A stretch of 64,000 nt of DNA from Candidatus Doudnabacteria bacterium (GCA_963768175.1 CAVYGQ010000001.1:100481-164480), one strand, 5' to 3'; positions 9,650 to 19,328 are shown, counted from the stretch's first letter. The notes: generated by a model not told the origin, from the sequence alone. Numbers and translations are program-made.

Positions 9650-9698
9650 CAAGGACTGTCCTTTTGCAGGTAATGCCAAGTTTTAAGGACAGTCCTTG
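9650..9698. repeat. GGACTGTCC/GGACAGTCC inverted-repeat element
   Basis: caaggactgtcctt...aaggacagtccttg; related to 44286-44319 and 50834-50937. Confidence 0.75.
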
Positions 9699-9792
9699 CG
9701 GAAAATATGGAAGTTCGCCGGGGCTGATTTTGACAAACACCAAAATAAATAATATACTAATTCAAGCATAGAATTAACTGAAATTTTAAAAT

Positions 9793-10593
9793 ATGGTTAA
9801 CTTAGATAATCCCATCCCATCTGATAACGAATCTCGGCCCGGCAAAAATTTAAATTATCCAGCCAAGATTATAGGCGCGTCAATAATAATCGGCGCGGTT
9901 ATGATTTCCGGCAGCTTATATTACGGTTTTAAAGAGCTGTATAAGCATTTGGATTACCTGATTCAGACGCCGGCTACCCAGGTTCAACCCGCCGCAGCCC
10001 CTTCTGCCACAGCGCCGTCGGTCGCAGCCCCAACCGCGGCTCCCACCACTGGCGCCGTTAACATTACTTTAAAACCCAATACTCCTTATTTGGGCGCCAG
10101 CAACGCCAATGTTACCGTGGTTGAATACGCGGACTATGAGTGTCCGTTTTGCGAGCAATTTTTTAAGAATGTTTTACCCGAGTTAAAAGCAAAATACATA
10201 GATACCGGCAAAATTAAGTTTTTCTACCAGGATTTCGCTTTTTTGGGCCCGGATTCCAACACCACAGCGGAAGCCTCCCATTGCGCCGAAGACCAAAATA
10301 AATTTTGGCAGTACCACGATTATCTTTTTAGCAACCAAGGGGCGGAAGGCAGCGGCTGGGCTACGTCAGATCACCAAAAACAATTTGCCGTGGCAATTGG
10401 TTTAAACACGGCGCAGTTTAACCAGTGCCTGGACAGCGGCAAATATAAGCAGGAAGTGCTGGATGAAACCTCCGCCGGCAAAAGTTACGGGGTCAGCGGT
10501 ACTCCCACGCTCTTTGTCAACGGTACGGCCATTGTAGGAGCTCAGCCTGCCACTGCCTTTGAAAAGGCCATTGACGCGGCGCTGAATAAATAA
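9793..10593 (+). CDS. DsbA/BdbD-family thiol-disulfide oxidoreductase
   Basis: VEYADYECPFC CXXC motif, GVSGTPT cis-Pro loop, N-terminal TM; ttgaca/tatact promoter upstream. Confidence 0.9.
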   Translation: MVNLDNPIPSDNESRPGKNLNYPAKIIGASIIIGAVMISGSLYYGFKELYKHLDYLIQTPATQVQPAAAPSATAPSVAAPTAAPTTGAVNITLKPNTPYLGASNANVTVVEYADYECPFCEQFFKNVLPELKAKYIDTGKIKFFYQDFAFLGPDSNTTAEASHCAEDQNKFWQYHDYLFSNQGAEGSGWATSDHQKQFAVAIGLNTAQFNQCLDSGKYKQEVLDETSAGKSYGVSGTPTLFVNGTAIVGAQPATAFEKAIDAALNK

Positions 10594-10945
10594 TTTTTTA
10601 CAGCACTTAAGCGGCGCATCTAATTGTGTCCTACCTTGTTAATAAAAGTATTAAAGATTATTACTTCAATCCCGACTGAACCGGAAGGACAGATATAAAC
10701 AACCAACCTAGAAAATGGCATTGCCGTTAAAAAATCATTGCGTCGCGCAATGGTTTTTCTAATAGCACGCCCGTTTGTCGGACATTCATATCCGTACGCG
10801 CAGTAACGGCAATAAATCGGGGCTAGGATTTTAAGCATTTGGCCCTTTGAGCTTTTTTATTTTTTATGTTATAATTTTATTAATAAATTAATATATATAA
10901 AAATCATTATTCCCGTGTAAGTCGGGAAAAAGGAGAAATAAAAAT

Positions 10946-11209
10946 ATGTCCGATCAGGAAGAGTATGGTAAAATGCTTACCGATTTAATCCAAAAGCAAA
11001 TGGTGGTGCTTGGTCCAAACATTGCTTTGGACAAAGCCCGTAAGGTTGCCGGATTAAAAGTCTCTGACGACGGGGTCGTTTTGGAGGTGACGGGGGATCC
11101 GAAACTGGTTTTAAAAGGCGTAGCCAACGAATATATGATGCTTTCCGGGCAGATTGTCCAAATGACCTTAAATTCGCTTTTGGAAAAATATCCGCAAATG
11201 AAAATGTAA
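10946..11209 (+). CDS. Small hypothetical protein heading a two-component operon
   Basis: 87-aa ORF with aaggag SD upstream. Confidence 0.7.
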   Translation: MSDQEEYGKMLTDLIQKQMVVLGPNIALDKARKVAGLKVSDDGVVLEVTGDPKLVLKGVANEYMMLSGQIVQMTLNSLLEKYPQMKM

Positions 11210-11212
11210 AAT

Positions 11213-11658
11213 ATAATCCGAATTATCCAAATACTGCAATCCAAATGACCCGAATTGTGGAAAAAGATTTATCCTACAAGATAACCGGTTTGTGTTTTAA
11301 AGTTCATAAAAAGTTAGGGAGATTTGCTAGTGAAAGACAGTATTGTGATGAATTTGAAAATTATCTAATAAAGGAAAATCTTCCATATGAAAGAGAGTTC
11401 GTAATCAAAAAGTTGTTACCTGATTCACCCGCAGGGAACAGGGTTGATTTTTTTGTTAAAGGGAAAGTTATTATAGACTTTAAAGCCAAACCTTTTATTA
11501 CCAAAGAAGATTATTTTCAGATGCAACGTTATTTGCAGGCAGCAAACCAGGAGTTGGGATTAATAATAAACTTTCGGGCTTATCGATTAACACCCAAGCG
11601 GATATTGAACAGCGGTTATTCGGGTCATTCGGATATTAATTCGGGTAATTAGGATTAT
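11213..11658 (+). mobile_element. Putative autonomous mini-element: GxxExxY gene between ~45-bp imperfect terminal inverted repeats
   Basis: Left ataatccgaattatccaaatactgcaatccaaatgacccgaat; right attcgggtcattcggatattaattcgggtaattaggattat; ends recur at 5253 and 13927. Confidence 0.75.
11245..11652 (+). CDS. GxxExxY protein (PD-(D/E)XK nuclease fold)
   Basis: VHKKLGRFASERQY motif, RVDFFV..IIDFKA, Q..RYL, LGLIINF; start and stop lie inside the TIRs. Confidence 0.9.
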   Translation: MTRIVEKDLSYKITGLCFKVHKKLGRFASERQYCDEFENYLIKENLPYEREFVIKKLLPDSPAGNRVDFFVKGKVIIDFKAKPFITKEDYFQMQRYLQAANQELGLIINFRAYRLTPKRILNSGYSGHSDINSGN

Positions 11659-11672
11659 TGTTTGAAACAAAA

Positions 11673-13340
11673 ATGATTGTTAATATCCTCCTCATAATAG
11701 ATTTTCTAATGCTGGCGGTTGTTGTCAGCGCTTATATTTACGCCTCACTGCGCGAGCGCAAATATTTGCGCAAAGAAGCGGGGCAGTCACTGGAGCTGCA
11801 GCAAAAAGTTTATCAGGCCGAAGTTTTAAAAGAAATCAGTGAACGTATCGGTTACTCCTTGGACACCAATAAAATTGTGGATATTATTACCAGCTCGTTG
11901 GGCAACCTGCTGGATTACGACGCCGTCTCTTATATGGTTTTGGAAGAAGGCGGCAGGCCCGTGTTTAAATGCCACGTGCAAAATACCGTTAACCATCAAT
12001 TCATAGAAGACGTTAAGCAGAAAATGCTTATGTCCTACGAGGCCATTTTGGACAGCAAAATCCAAAGCAGCGATATGGATGAAAGCATTACCGGTAATAT
12101 TTTGGATGATAACCTAAAAGTTAAAGTGGAATCTTTTTTTAATTTGCCGGTGGTAATTTCCCAAAAATTAGTGGGGCTGATAAACGTGGCTTCCAAAGAG
12201 CGCGGCCGTTTTGGCGAAGAACAAGCGTCTATTTTATACGCCATTACCAACCAGGCGGCTACGGCTGTTTCCAAGCTCCAGGCAGTGCTGCAGAGCGAAA
12301 AAGGCAAACTGGAGGCGGTAATTTATTCTTTGGCCGACGGAGTCATAACTGTAGATTTAAACTACCATCTGGTTGTTTATAACCCGGTGATTAGGGATAT
12401 ACTGGGCATTGCCCAAGGCAAGCCCGTAACCATGTACGATATTGTCGATGGTTTGGCTGGTAAGGTTGATTTAAGGACTAAAATTGAGCAGGCCGTGGCC
12501 GAAGGCAAGGACATAACCTTGCCCGAAGTTATTTTAAGAGATAAAGCTTTGGAGTTGACCATTGCGCCGGTTAAAGACAGCCAGGGGGAGATTATCGCGG
12601 CCAGCGTCGTTTTTCATGACATTACCACGGAAAAGACTTTGGAAAAAACCAGGCAGGAATTTACGGCTATGATGGTGCATGAGCTGCGTGCTCCGCTAAC
12701 GGCTGTCCGTTGGTCTTCGGAATCCATGATCAAAAATTTAAGCCTGGCCTCCGGAGTTGGCCAGGCCAAAATTAAAGACACCATGCTGACCATTGAAACT
12801 GCTTCTAACAACATGCTGGAGCTGGTCAACGACCTTTTGGATGTGGCCAAAATTGAATCCGGAAAGTTTGAACTGAATCTTCAAGAGTATGATTTGGTAG
12901 AGGTTATTAACGATCAGGCCAAAGTTTTCAGGCCACAGGCGGAAATAAAGCATTTGGCGATTAATGTTATTACCCCGCCAAAGTATATGTTAAAATTTGA
13001 CCGCGTCAGGGTTGGCCAGGTGCTGGGCAATCTAATGAGCAACGCCATTAAGTATACCGACAGCGGGCAAATTGATATTAACCTTAACATCAATGCCGAA
13101 GAAAAAATGGCCACGGTTTCCATAAAAGATACCGGCATCGGCGTATCCCGTGAAGACCTGGCGGACCTGTTCAGCAAATTTAAACAGCTAAAAACCGGCG
13201 ACCGGAGCCGCAAAGGCACGGGCCTTGGGCTGGTGGTGAGCAAGGGGATTGTGGAAGCGCACGGTGGGAAAATTTGGGCCGAGTTTGCCGGGGAAAATTT
13301 GGGATCAACCTTTTCTTTTTCTTTGCCTTTGGATAAGTAG
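11673..13340 (+). CDS. GAF-PAS sensor histidine kinase
   Basis: TM, GAF, PAS, HisKA (VHELRAPL), HATPase (NAIKYT, DTGIG, GTGLGL); start could be the TTG at 11658. Confidence 0.93.
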   Translation: MIVNILLIIDFLMLAVVVSAYIYASLRERKYLRKEAGQSLELQQKVYQAEVLKEISERIGYSLDTNKIVDIITSSLGNLLDYDAVSYMVLEEGGRPVFKCHVQNTVNHQFIEDVKQKMLMSYEAILDSKIQSSDMDESITGNILDDNLKVKVESFFNLPVVISQKLVGLINVASKERGRFGEEQASILYAITNQAATAVSKLQAVLQSEKGKLEAVIYSLADGVITVDLNYHLVVYNPVIRDILGIAQGKPVTMYDIVDGLAGKVDLRTKIEQAVAEGKDITLPEVILRDKALELTIAPVKDSQGEIIAASVVFHDITTEKTLEKTRQEFTAMMVHELRAPLTAVRWSSESMIKNLSLASGVGQAKIKDTMLTIETASNNMLELVNDLLDVAKIESGKFELNLQEYDLVEVINDQAKVFRPQAEIKHLAINVITPPKYMLKFDRVRVGQVLGNLMSNAIKYTDSGQIDINLNINAEEKMATVSIKDTGIGVSREDLADLFSKFKQLKTGDRSRKGTGLGLVVSKGIVEAHGGKIWAEFAGENLGSTFSFSLPLDK

Positions 13341-13345
13341 GTATC

Positions 13346-13442
13346 GTCATTGCGAGGAGTTAGACGACGAAGCAATCTTTTTTTGGAAAGGTAAAGATTG
13401 CCGCGCAATTTAGGACAAAGCCCCTAAATTGCTCGCAATGAC
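13346..13442. repeat. REP-like palindrome (GTCATTGCGAG...CTCGCAATGAC)
   Basis: 11-bp terminal arms with internal gcaatct/agattgc stem. Confidence 0.85.
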
Positions 13443-13541
13443 AGGAACGATATTGCCGTTATCGGTTTTCTAAATATTGTGGTATAATAAGGTATCAATA
13501 AATCCCTTCAAATAAGGGTTTAAAATTATTAAATAAAAACT

Positions 13542-13925
13542 ATGACAAAAATTTTATTGGCAGAAGACGACAAGCTTATTTCCAATTCGCTTTGCGATGC
13601 TCTTAAAACCGCAGGATTTGAGCCTGCTGTGGCTTATGACGGCGAAGAGGCTGTGGCTAAGGTCAAGGAAGCCTTGCCTGATTTAATACTTTTGGATATT
13701 ATGATGCCTAAACTAGACGGTATTTCCGTGCTTTGGGAGCTTAAAGCCAATCCTGCCACGGCTAAAATCCCAGTGGTAGTGCTTACCAACATCGGCGATG
13801 TGGAAACTATCAGTAAAATTGTGGAAGCCGGAGCTGTGGATTACTTGCTTAAGTCGGACCAGTCGGTAGATGATATTATCCAAAAAGTAAAAGACGTTTT
13901 AGCAAGGAACGTAAAATTAGCGTAA
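13542..13925 (+). CDS. Single-domain response regulator
   Basis: ILLAEDD, LLDIMMPKLDG, VVLTN, YLLK. Confidence 0.93.
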   Translation: MTKILLAEDDKLISNSLCDALKTAGFEPAVAYDGEEAVAKVKEALPDLILLDIMMPKLDGISVLWELKANPATAKIPVVVLTNIGDVETISKIVEAGAVDYLLKSDQSVDDIIQKVKDVLARNVKLA

Positions 13926-13926
13926 A

Positions 13927-14021
13927 TATAATCCGAATTATCCAAATGGGAACAATCCAAATGCTCCGAAAAGTAGAGCATTTGGGGCATTCGGATATTG
14001 ATTCGGGGAATTAGGATTATA
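13927..14021. mobile_element. Second empty copy of the GxxExxY-element termini
   Basis: tataatccgaattatccaaat...atccaaatgctccgaa ... cattcggatattgattcggggaattaggattata. Confidence 0.85.
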
Positions 14022-14024
14022 TTA

Positions 14025-14444
14025 ATGAAAATTATTTTACAAGACAGCAACCTTTACATCCTGCGTTTTGATAAAGGAGAGGAAGTTTTGGAAGGTATAA
14101 AAAAGTTTATGGGAGAGCAGGCTGTTTCGGCCTGCGCTTTTTTTGGCATTGGCGCTTGCTCCGTCGTTGAATTGGGGTATTTTAATATTCATATTAAGGA
14201 TTACCGGAAAAAACCTTTTACGGAAGAGCTAGAGATTTTATCTTTTAGCGGCAACGGAGGGTTAAGCAACGGTGAGCTGGTAATCCACAGCCATGGATTG
14301 TTTGGCAGGACGGATTTTACCAGCGTTGGCGGGCACGTTTTTAAGCTGATTGCTTCGATTACCTGCGAGATTTTTTTAATAGTATTAAATGGCGCTTTAG
14401 AACGCAAATTTGAAACTGATCTAAATTTAAATCTATTGGTTTAG
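14025..14444 (+). CDS. PPC/DUF296 domain protein
   Basis: LRFDKGEEV, GIGA, ELEILSFSGN, HSH, VGGH; the ORF-track N-terminus upstream of 14025 is repeat-derived. Confidence 0.88.
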   Translation: MKIILQDSNLYILRFDKGEEVLEGIKKFMGEQAVSACAFFGIGACSVVELGYFNIHIKDYRKKPFTEELEILSFSGNGGLSNGELVIHSHGLFGRTDFTSVGGHVFKLIASITCEIFLIVLNGALERKFETDLNLNLLV

Positions 14445-14453
14445 TGTTTCTAA

Positions 14454-14956
14454 ATGCCAAAAATAGGCAAGGAATTTTTTGTTATCGCCCATAACATCCG
14501 TTCCCTTTATAACGTCGGCTCAATTTTCCGTACAGCCGACGCTTTTGGAGTCCGCAAGATTTATTTGACCGGCTACACCGGCACGCCGGCAAACCCTGTC
14601 CATAAAAAGAAAATCGGCAAAGTGGCGCTTGGGGCAGAGGAGTGGGTGAGTTGGGAGTATTTCAAATCCGCTCAAGCGGTTATTCGCGTCCTCAAAAAGC
14701 GAAAGTTCACCATCGTCGGTTTGGAAAACAACGTCCCCCCTCTTATTTTAAGAGGGGCCAGGGGGTGATATTATTACCAAAATTCAAGCCCAAATTCCCG
14801 CTAGTCTTAATTTTGGGCGAGGAAGTTTCCGGAATTAACCACGCCTTGATAAAATCCTGCGATCGACTGATTGAAATACCGATGTCGGGCAAAAAAGAAA
14901 GCCTGAACGTTTCCGTGGCTTTTGGCATCGCGGCATACCAGATATCAAAAAAATAA
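14454..14956 (+). pseudogene. TrmH/SpoU-family RNA methyltransferase split by a 1-nt frameshift inside an inserted palindrome
   Basis: N-half HNIRSLYNVGSIFRTAD (14454-14768); C-half LILGEEVSGI..EIPMSG..SLNVSVA in the -1 frame; C6 run at 14735-14740, and C7 would restore the frame. Confidence 0.8.
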
Positions 14957-15149
14957 TAAGATTAAGATATACTTGGTTATCGTTGGAAATTTGCAAAAAA
15001 TTGTAAAATTATGGTTTAATAATAAAAAATAGAAAAACAAGCGGTATTTTTCTAAACTACTGTGGATACAGGTTGGGTAAAGTTATAAAAATATTTTGAT
15101 ATCCCTTATTTAAGGGATATTTTTATTGTTTGGCGAGGTTTTATGAGCT

Positions 15150-15221
15150 TTGACTTATGGGGTTTTGTGGTATATAATATATGAGCAATGGTAAAAAGTG
15201 GATAAAGGTGGGGGTAAGTGG
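15150..15221 (+). promoter_or_regulatory. mraZ/dcw promoter with MraZ-type binding repeats
   Basis: ttgact-17-tataat (15150-15178); RTGG repeats at 10-bp spacing (15157, 15167; 15188, 15198, 15208, 15218). Confidence 0.8.
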
Positions 15222-15239
15222 GTATTTCTGTGTATAACT

Positions 15240-15331
15240 AAATCATAAAACATAAAACATTGAGCAAAAAGCATAGGACAAAATCAGTACTACCAAATGC
15301 TTCATGTTGTATGTCGTATGTTAAATGATTT
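15240..15331. repeat. Junction hairpin of inverted heptamer repeats (CATAAAA)n...(TATGTNG)n
   Basis: aatcataaaacataaaacat...atgttgtatgtcgtatgttaaatgatt, ending just before the mraZ start. Confidence 0.7.
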
Positions 15332-15333
15332 AT

Positions 15334-15765
15334 ATGTTTATCGGCGAATATCAGGCAAGCATAGACGACAAAGGCAGAATCTCCATTCCGGCCAAGTTTC
15401 GCCCGAGTTTGAAATCAAAAATAGTAGTTACCAGGGGTTTAGATAATTCATTGTTTTTGTATAGCATGGACGAATGGAAAAAGCTCGCGACCAAGTTGGC
15501 TAGTCTCCCAATTTCTACCGCTAACACGCGCGCTTTTTCCAGGCTCATGCTGGCAGGCGCCATGGATTGCGACATAGATAAGCAGGGCAGGATAATCTTG
15601 CCGGCTTATCTAAAGGCATTTGCCAAAATCGGCAAAAAAGTTATTGTGGCCGGTTTGTATAACCGCATAGAAATTTGGAGTGAGGAGCTGTGGGTCGCCT
15701 ATAAAGCGCAGACCGAAGCGGCGTCAAATCAGATTGCGGAACAGTTGGGGAGCTTAGGGGTTTAA
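15334..15765 (+). CDS. mraZ: Transcriptional regulator MraZ
   Basis: MFIGEY..IDDKGRISIPAKFR, DKQGRIILP, NRIEIW. Confidence 0.96.
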   Translation: MFIGEYQASIDDKGRISIPAKFRPSLKSKIVVTRGLDNSLFLYSMDEWKKLATKLASLPISTANTRAFSRLMLAGAMDCDIDKQGRIILPAYLKAFAKIGKKVIVAGLYNRIEIWSEELWVAYKAQTEAASNQIAEQLGSLGV

Positions 15766-15766
15766 T

Positions 15767-15901
15767 AAATCCGAAGCACGAAATCCGAAATTCGAAACAA
15801 ATCCTAATATTTAAATTCAAATGTTTTAAACCCAAAGTTTTGAATTTCTGATTTTAAAATTTAGATATTGTTTCGGATTTCGATATTCGGATTTCGAATT
15901 T
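15767..15901. repeat. Junction hairpin of inverted heptamer repeats (CGAAATY)n...(GATTTCG)n
   Basis: Fills the whole mraZ-rsmH spacer and ends at the rsmH ATG. Confidence 0.8.
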
Positions 15902-16840
15902 ATGACACCATATGAACACATTCCGGTTTTACTTAATGAGGTTTTGGAATATTTGGACCCTCGTTCCGGTCAAAATATTATCGACGCGACTTTGGGAGGC
16001 GGAGGGTATAGCCGGCAAATTTTAGACAGCATCGGATCGCGGGGAAGATTGTTATCTATTGATTTGGATGGGGACGCGATAAAATTTGCCGAAAATCAAA
16101 AATCAAAAATCAAAAATCAAAATTGGATTTTGGTTCAAGGAAATTTCGCGCACATTAATAAGATCGTAAAGAATCACAAGTTTCCGGCGCCCGACGGAAT
16201 TGTCGCCGACCTCGGGCTGTCTACGTATGAGCTTCAGCATCGCGGTATTAGTTTTCAGGCAAACCAGCCTTTGGATATGCGTTTTGATCTGTCACAGCCG
16301 CTGGACGCGAAATTTATTTTAAATAATTACAACCAAAAAAATTTACAAAAAATATTCAGCGAGTATGGGGAGGAAAAGTTTAGCAGGCAAATAGCGAGAA
16401 AGATTACAGATTACAGATTACAGATTAAAGAAATCAAATACACAAACGATCTTTATCAAATTATTGTAGAGGCGCTGCCCAAGCCGGTTAAACATAGGGT
16501 CGACGACAGCGCACGCAGGATTTTTCAGGCTTTAAGGATAGAAGTCAATCATGAGCTGGAGAATTTGAGGGAATTTTTACCAAAAGCCTTTGACTTACTG
16601 GCTCCGGGCGGCAGGCTGGTTGTGGTGTCTTTCCACTCTTTGGAAGACCGGATTGTTAAGCAATTTTTTACGGGACTGGCAAAAGGCTGTATTTGCCCGC
16701 CGGAATTTCCCCAATGCCTGTGCGGCAAAAATCCTAAAGGCAAAATTTTAACCAAAAAGCCCATCAGTGCTAATTCGCACGAATTAGCACTCAACCCAAA
16801 AAGCAAGCCCGCAAAATTGAGAGCGATAATTAAATTATGA
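15902..16840 (+). CDS. rsmH: 16S rRNA m4C1402 methyltransferase RsmH, with two in-frame heptamer tracts
   Basis: HIPVLLNEV, DATLGGGG, DLGLS, PLDMR, FQALRIEVN, SFHSLEDRIVK; (AAAATCA)4 at 16092 and (AGATTAC)3+ at 16401. Confidence 0.96.
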   Translation: MTPYEHIPVLLNEVLEYLDPRSGQNIIDATLGGGGYSRQILDSIGSRGRLLSIDLDGDAIKFAENQKSKIKNQNWILVQGNFAHINKIVKNHKFPAPDGIVADLGLSTYELQHRGISFQANQPLDMRFDLSQPLDAKFILNNYNQKNLQKIFSEYGEEKFSRQIARKITDYRLQIKEIKYTNDLYQIIVEALPKPVKHRVDDSARRIFQALRIEVNHELENLREFLPKAFDLLAPGGRLVVVSFHSLEDRIVKQFFTGLAKGCICPPEFPQCLCGKNPKGKILTKKPISANSHELALNPKSKPAKLRAIIKL

Positions 16841-16937
16841 GATACTGATATACGGATGCATTCGGATAATACCGATAATGCGGATATGGCGAAGCAGTAT
16901 TATCCGTTTCATCAGTATCAATCAGCATATCGGCATC
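16840..16937. repeat. Junction hairpin of inverted ~9-mer repeats (CGGAT/CTGAT ... ATCAG/ATCCG)
   Basis: gatactgatatacggatg...atccgtttcatcagtatcaatcagcatatcggcatc. Confidence 0.65.
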
Positions 16938-17016
16938 AAATCTATGAAAATCAAAATCAAATCCGGCAAAAGCCAGAAATATAAAATCAAAATAAAGAAA
17001 CTAAAATAAAACAACC

Positions 17017-17412
17017 ATGTTAAAAGCTTTAGCTTTAGATAATTTTTGGTCGTCTCTTCCAAGGCGTAAAATTTCCGGCATACATACAATCAAGAAAACC
17101 GAAAGCCGCTACAGCATTTTTAGGTTTTGGTTTTCAATTTCCCTAATTGTTGTAAACGTTTTTTTGCTGATGAGTTATATTTATGGCGTTAATCAGTTCG
17201 CCAATACCGGATACCAGATTGCCGTTTTACAAAAACAGTTAACTAATCTAAACGACAGTAATAAAGCCATTACCTTGCAGGTTTCCGAAGCTTCATCCAT
17301 GGTGCAAATCCAAAATGACTTTTTAAGCGCTAATTTTGTTCCTGCCGGAACGCCAAAGTTTTTGCGGGTTTCGCAGGTTGCGGAAAGACAGTTTTTTGGG
17401 GGTGGTAATTAG
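17017..17412 (+). CDS. Probable cell division protein FtsL-like
   Basis: Single TM plus coiled coil (GYQIAVLQKQLTNL), located between rsmH and ftsI. Confidence 0.7.
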   Translation: MLKALALDNFWSSLPRRKISGIHTIKKTESRYSIFRFWFSISLIVVNVFLLMSYIYGVNQFANTGYQIAVLQKQLTNLNDSNKAITLQVSEASSMVQIQNDFLSANFVPAGTPKFLRVSQVAERQFFGGGN

Positions 17413-17553
17413 TTGTTAGTTTTAGGGGCCAGCGTTGTAGAAATTAATTTGTTGTAAGTTATAAAGACCAGTGTAGTCGTAAGGAATAAGTTGTAAAGTT
17501 CTTAAAACATATACTTATTACCACACTGGTTTCTACAACTTATAACCTATAAC
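17410..17553. repeat. Junction inverted-repeat element (AGTTGT/ACAACT, CCAGTGT family)
   Basis: Shares ttagttttaggg and ccagtgtagt with 41120-41234. Confidence 0.65.
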
Positions 17554-17564
17554 CGCCCCCAATC

Positions 17565-19298
17565 ATGGTCCGCAAAATAGTCCAAAGTTCTTTCAACCGC
17601 AGAAGCAGTTTTTTAACTGCTTTTTTATTGCTGTGTTTTGCCGCCATTGTCTGCAGGCTGTTTTATCTGGAAGTAATCCACGGCGCCCAGGCCAGGCAGG
17701 AAGCCGACTTGCAGCACAGCATCTATCAGAAATTATTTCCCAGCCGCGGGGAAATTAAGCTGGCTGATAAATTTTCCGGGCAGACCGTTCCGGTGGCCAC
17801 CAATACTAAGAGTTATTTGGTTTACGCCGTGCCAAGCGATATTTTAAACGCCAACTTAACCGCTAACAGCCTCGCGTTCGTGCTGGGGCTTGATCCCAAA
17901 GAGATTTTGGCAAAAATTACCGCAACCGACAAAAAATACGTGCCGTTAAAAAAACAGCTTACGGATACGGAGCAGCAAAAAATTAAAGATTTGGCTTTGC
18001 CGGGAATTTATTTTGACTCCGAAGACACGCGCGTCTATCCGCAGAATAATTTGTTAAGCCAGACTTTGGGCTTTGTGGGCTTCAACGCGGCGGGGCAAAA
18101 GGCCGGCCTGTATGGGCTGGAAAGATATTTTGACAAAGACTTGGCCGGCACGCCGGGAGAACTGGTGGCCGAAAAAGATCCCTCGGGAGCGCAAATTTTT
18201 GGCGCGACCATGAATGTTACGCCTGCGCAGGACGGTGTAGACTTAATTTTGACCGTGGACAAGACTATCCAGTTTCAGGTTCAAAGCGTACTGCAGACAA
18301 TGGTTACCAAAAATGGCGCCGACAGCGGCGATGTAATAGTCATGAACCCCAAAACCGGCGCGATTTTGGCCATTGCCAGCTATCCGGATTTTGACCCGAA
18401 TAACTATGGAAAAGTTACGGATCCTTCGGTGTTCAACAACCAGGCCGTGACCGGCACCTATGAGCCCGGTTCCACCTTTAAAGCCATTACTCTGGCCGCG
18501 GCTTTGGATGAAGGGAAAATTACTCCGGATACGACTTATACCGACACCGGCAAGGTTTCGGTGGATAATTATGTAATTAAAAATGCCGAACCGGGCGCGC
18601 GCGGCGTCCAGAGTATGACCCAGGTTTTGGATTGGTCTTTAAATACGGGGGCGATTTTCGCGGAAAATCAGCTAGGCAATCCGGACTTTTTAAAATACGT
18701 GCAAAACTTCGGTTTCGGCAAACTTACCGGAATTGAACTGCCGGAAGCCAAGGGCGACATAAGCGGGCTTAACGGTAACATCGCGGTCAATTATGACACC
18801 GTAAGTTTCGGCCAGGGGATTTTGGTAACTCCTCTGCAAATGCTCCAGGCTTACGGCGCTTTGGCCAACGGCGGGAAAATGATGAGGCCATATATTGTGC
18901 AGTCAAAAATTTATCCCGACGGGACGATAAAAAATACCCAACCGCAGGCGGCCGGACAGGTTGTCTCCCAGCAGACCGCCGCTACCATAGACGCCATGCT
19001 GGTGGACGTGGTGGAAAACGGTTATGGGAAAGAGGCTAAAGTTCCGGGTTATTATATAGCGGGAAAAACAGGAACGGCGCAGGTGGCGCAAAACGGCAAA
19101 TACATAATTAACGACAACATCGGCTCATTCATCGGTTTTGCGCCGGTGGAAAATCCGCAGTTCGTAATGCTAATAAGGGTTGACCATCCGCGCAACGCCA
19201 GCTTTGCCGAAAGCACAACCGTACCGCCCTGGGGGCAGCTGGCGCAGTTTATTTTAAATTATATGCAAATCCCGCCGACAAGGGCGGCGGGGAAATGA
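17565..19298 (+). CDS. ftsI: Class B penicillin-binding protein (FtsI/PBP3)
   Basis: RGEI, GLYGLE, YEPGSTFK (SxxK), SLN (SxN), GKTGTAQ. Confidence 0.92.
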   Translation: MVRKIVQSSFNRRSSFLTAFLLLCFAAIVCRLFYLEVIHGAQARQEADLQHSIYQKLFPSRGEIKLADKFSGQTVPVATNTKSYLVYAVPSDILNANLTANSLAFVLGLDPKEILAKITATDKKYVPLKKQLTDTEQQKIKDLALPGIYFDSEDTRVYPQNNLLSQTLGFVGFNAAGQKAGLYGLERYFDKDLAGTPGELVAEKDPSGAQIFGATMNVTPAQDGVDLILTVDKTIQFQVQSVLQTMVTKNGADSGDVIVMNPKTGAILAIASYPDFDPNNYGKVTDPSVFNNQAVTGTYEPGSTFKAITLAAALDEGKITPDTTYTDTGKVSVDNYVIKNAEPGARGVQSMTQVLDWSLNTGAIFAENQLGNPDFLKYVQNFGFGKLTGIELPEAKGDISGLNGNIAVNYDTVSFGQGILVTPLQMLQAYGALANGGKMMRPYIVQSKIYPDGTIKNTQPQAAGQVVSQQTAATIDAMLVDVVENGYGKEAKVPGYYIAGKTGTAQVAQNGKYIINDNIGSFIGFAPVENPQFVMLIRVDHPRNASFAESTTVPPWGQLAQFILNYMQIPPTRAAGK

Positions 19299-19328
19299 TT
19301 TTGAAATAATAATGCTTGTTATTTTAAA

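Noticed and set aside
10620-10838. 72-aa minus-strand ORF with CxxC
   Set aside because: No recognisable motif or supporting context; cannot be supported or excluded from sequence alone.
14454-14956. Alternative genetic code (TGA read-through) explaining split genes
   Set aside because: The splits are frame changes, not in-frame TGA, and TGA ends normal genes such as rsmH, ftsI, cfa and rfbA.
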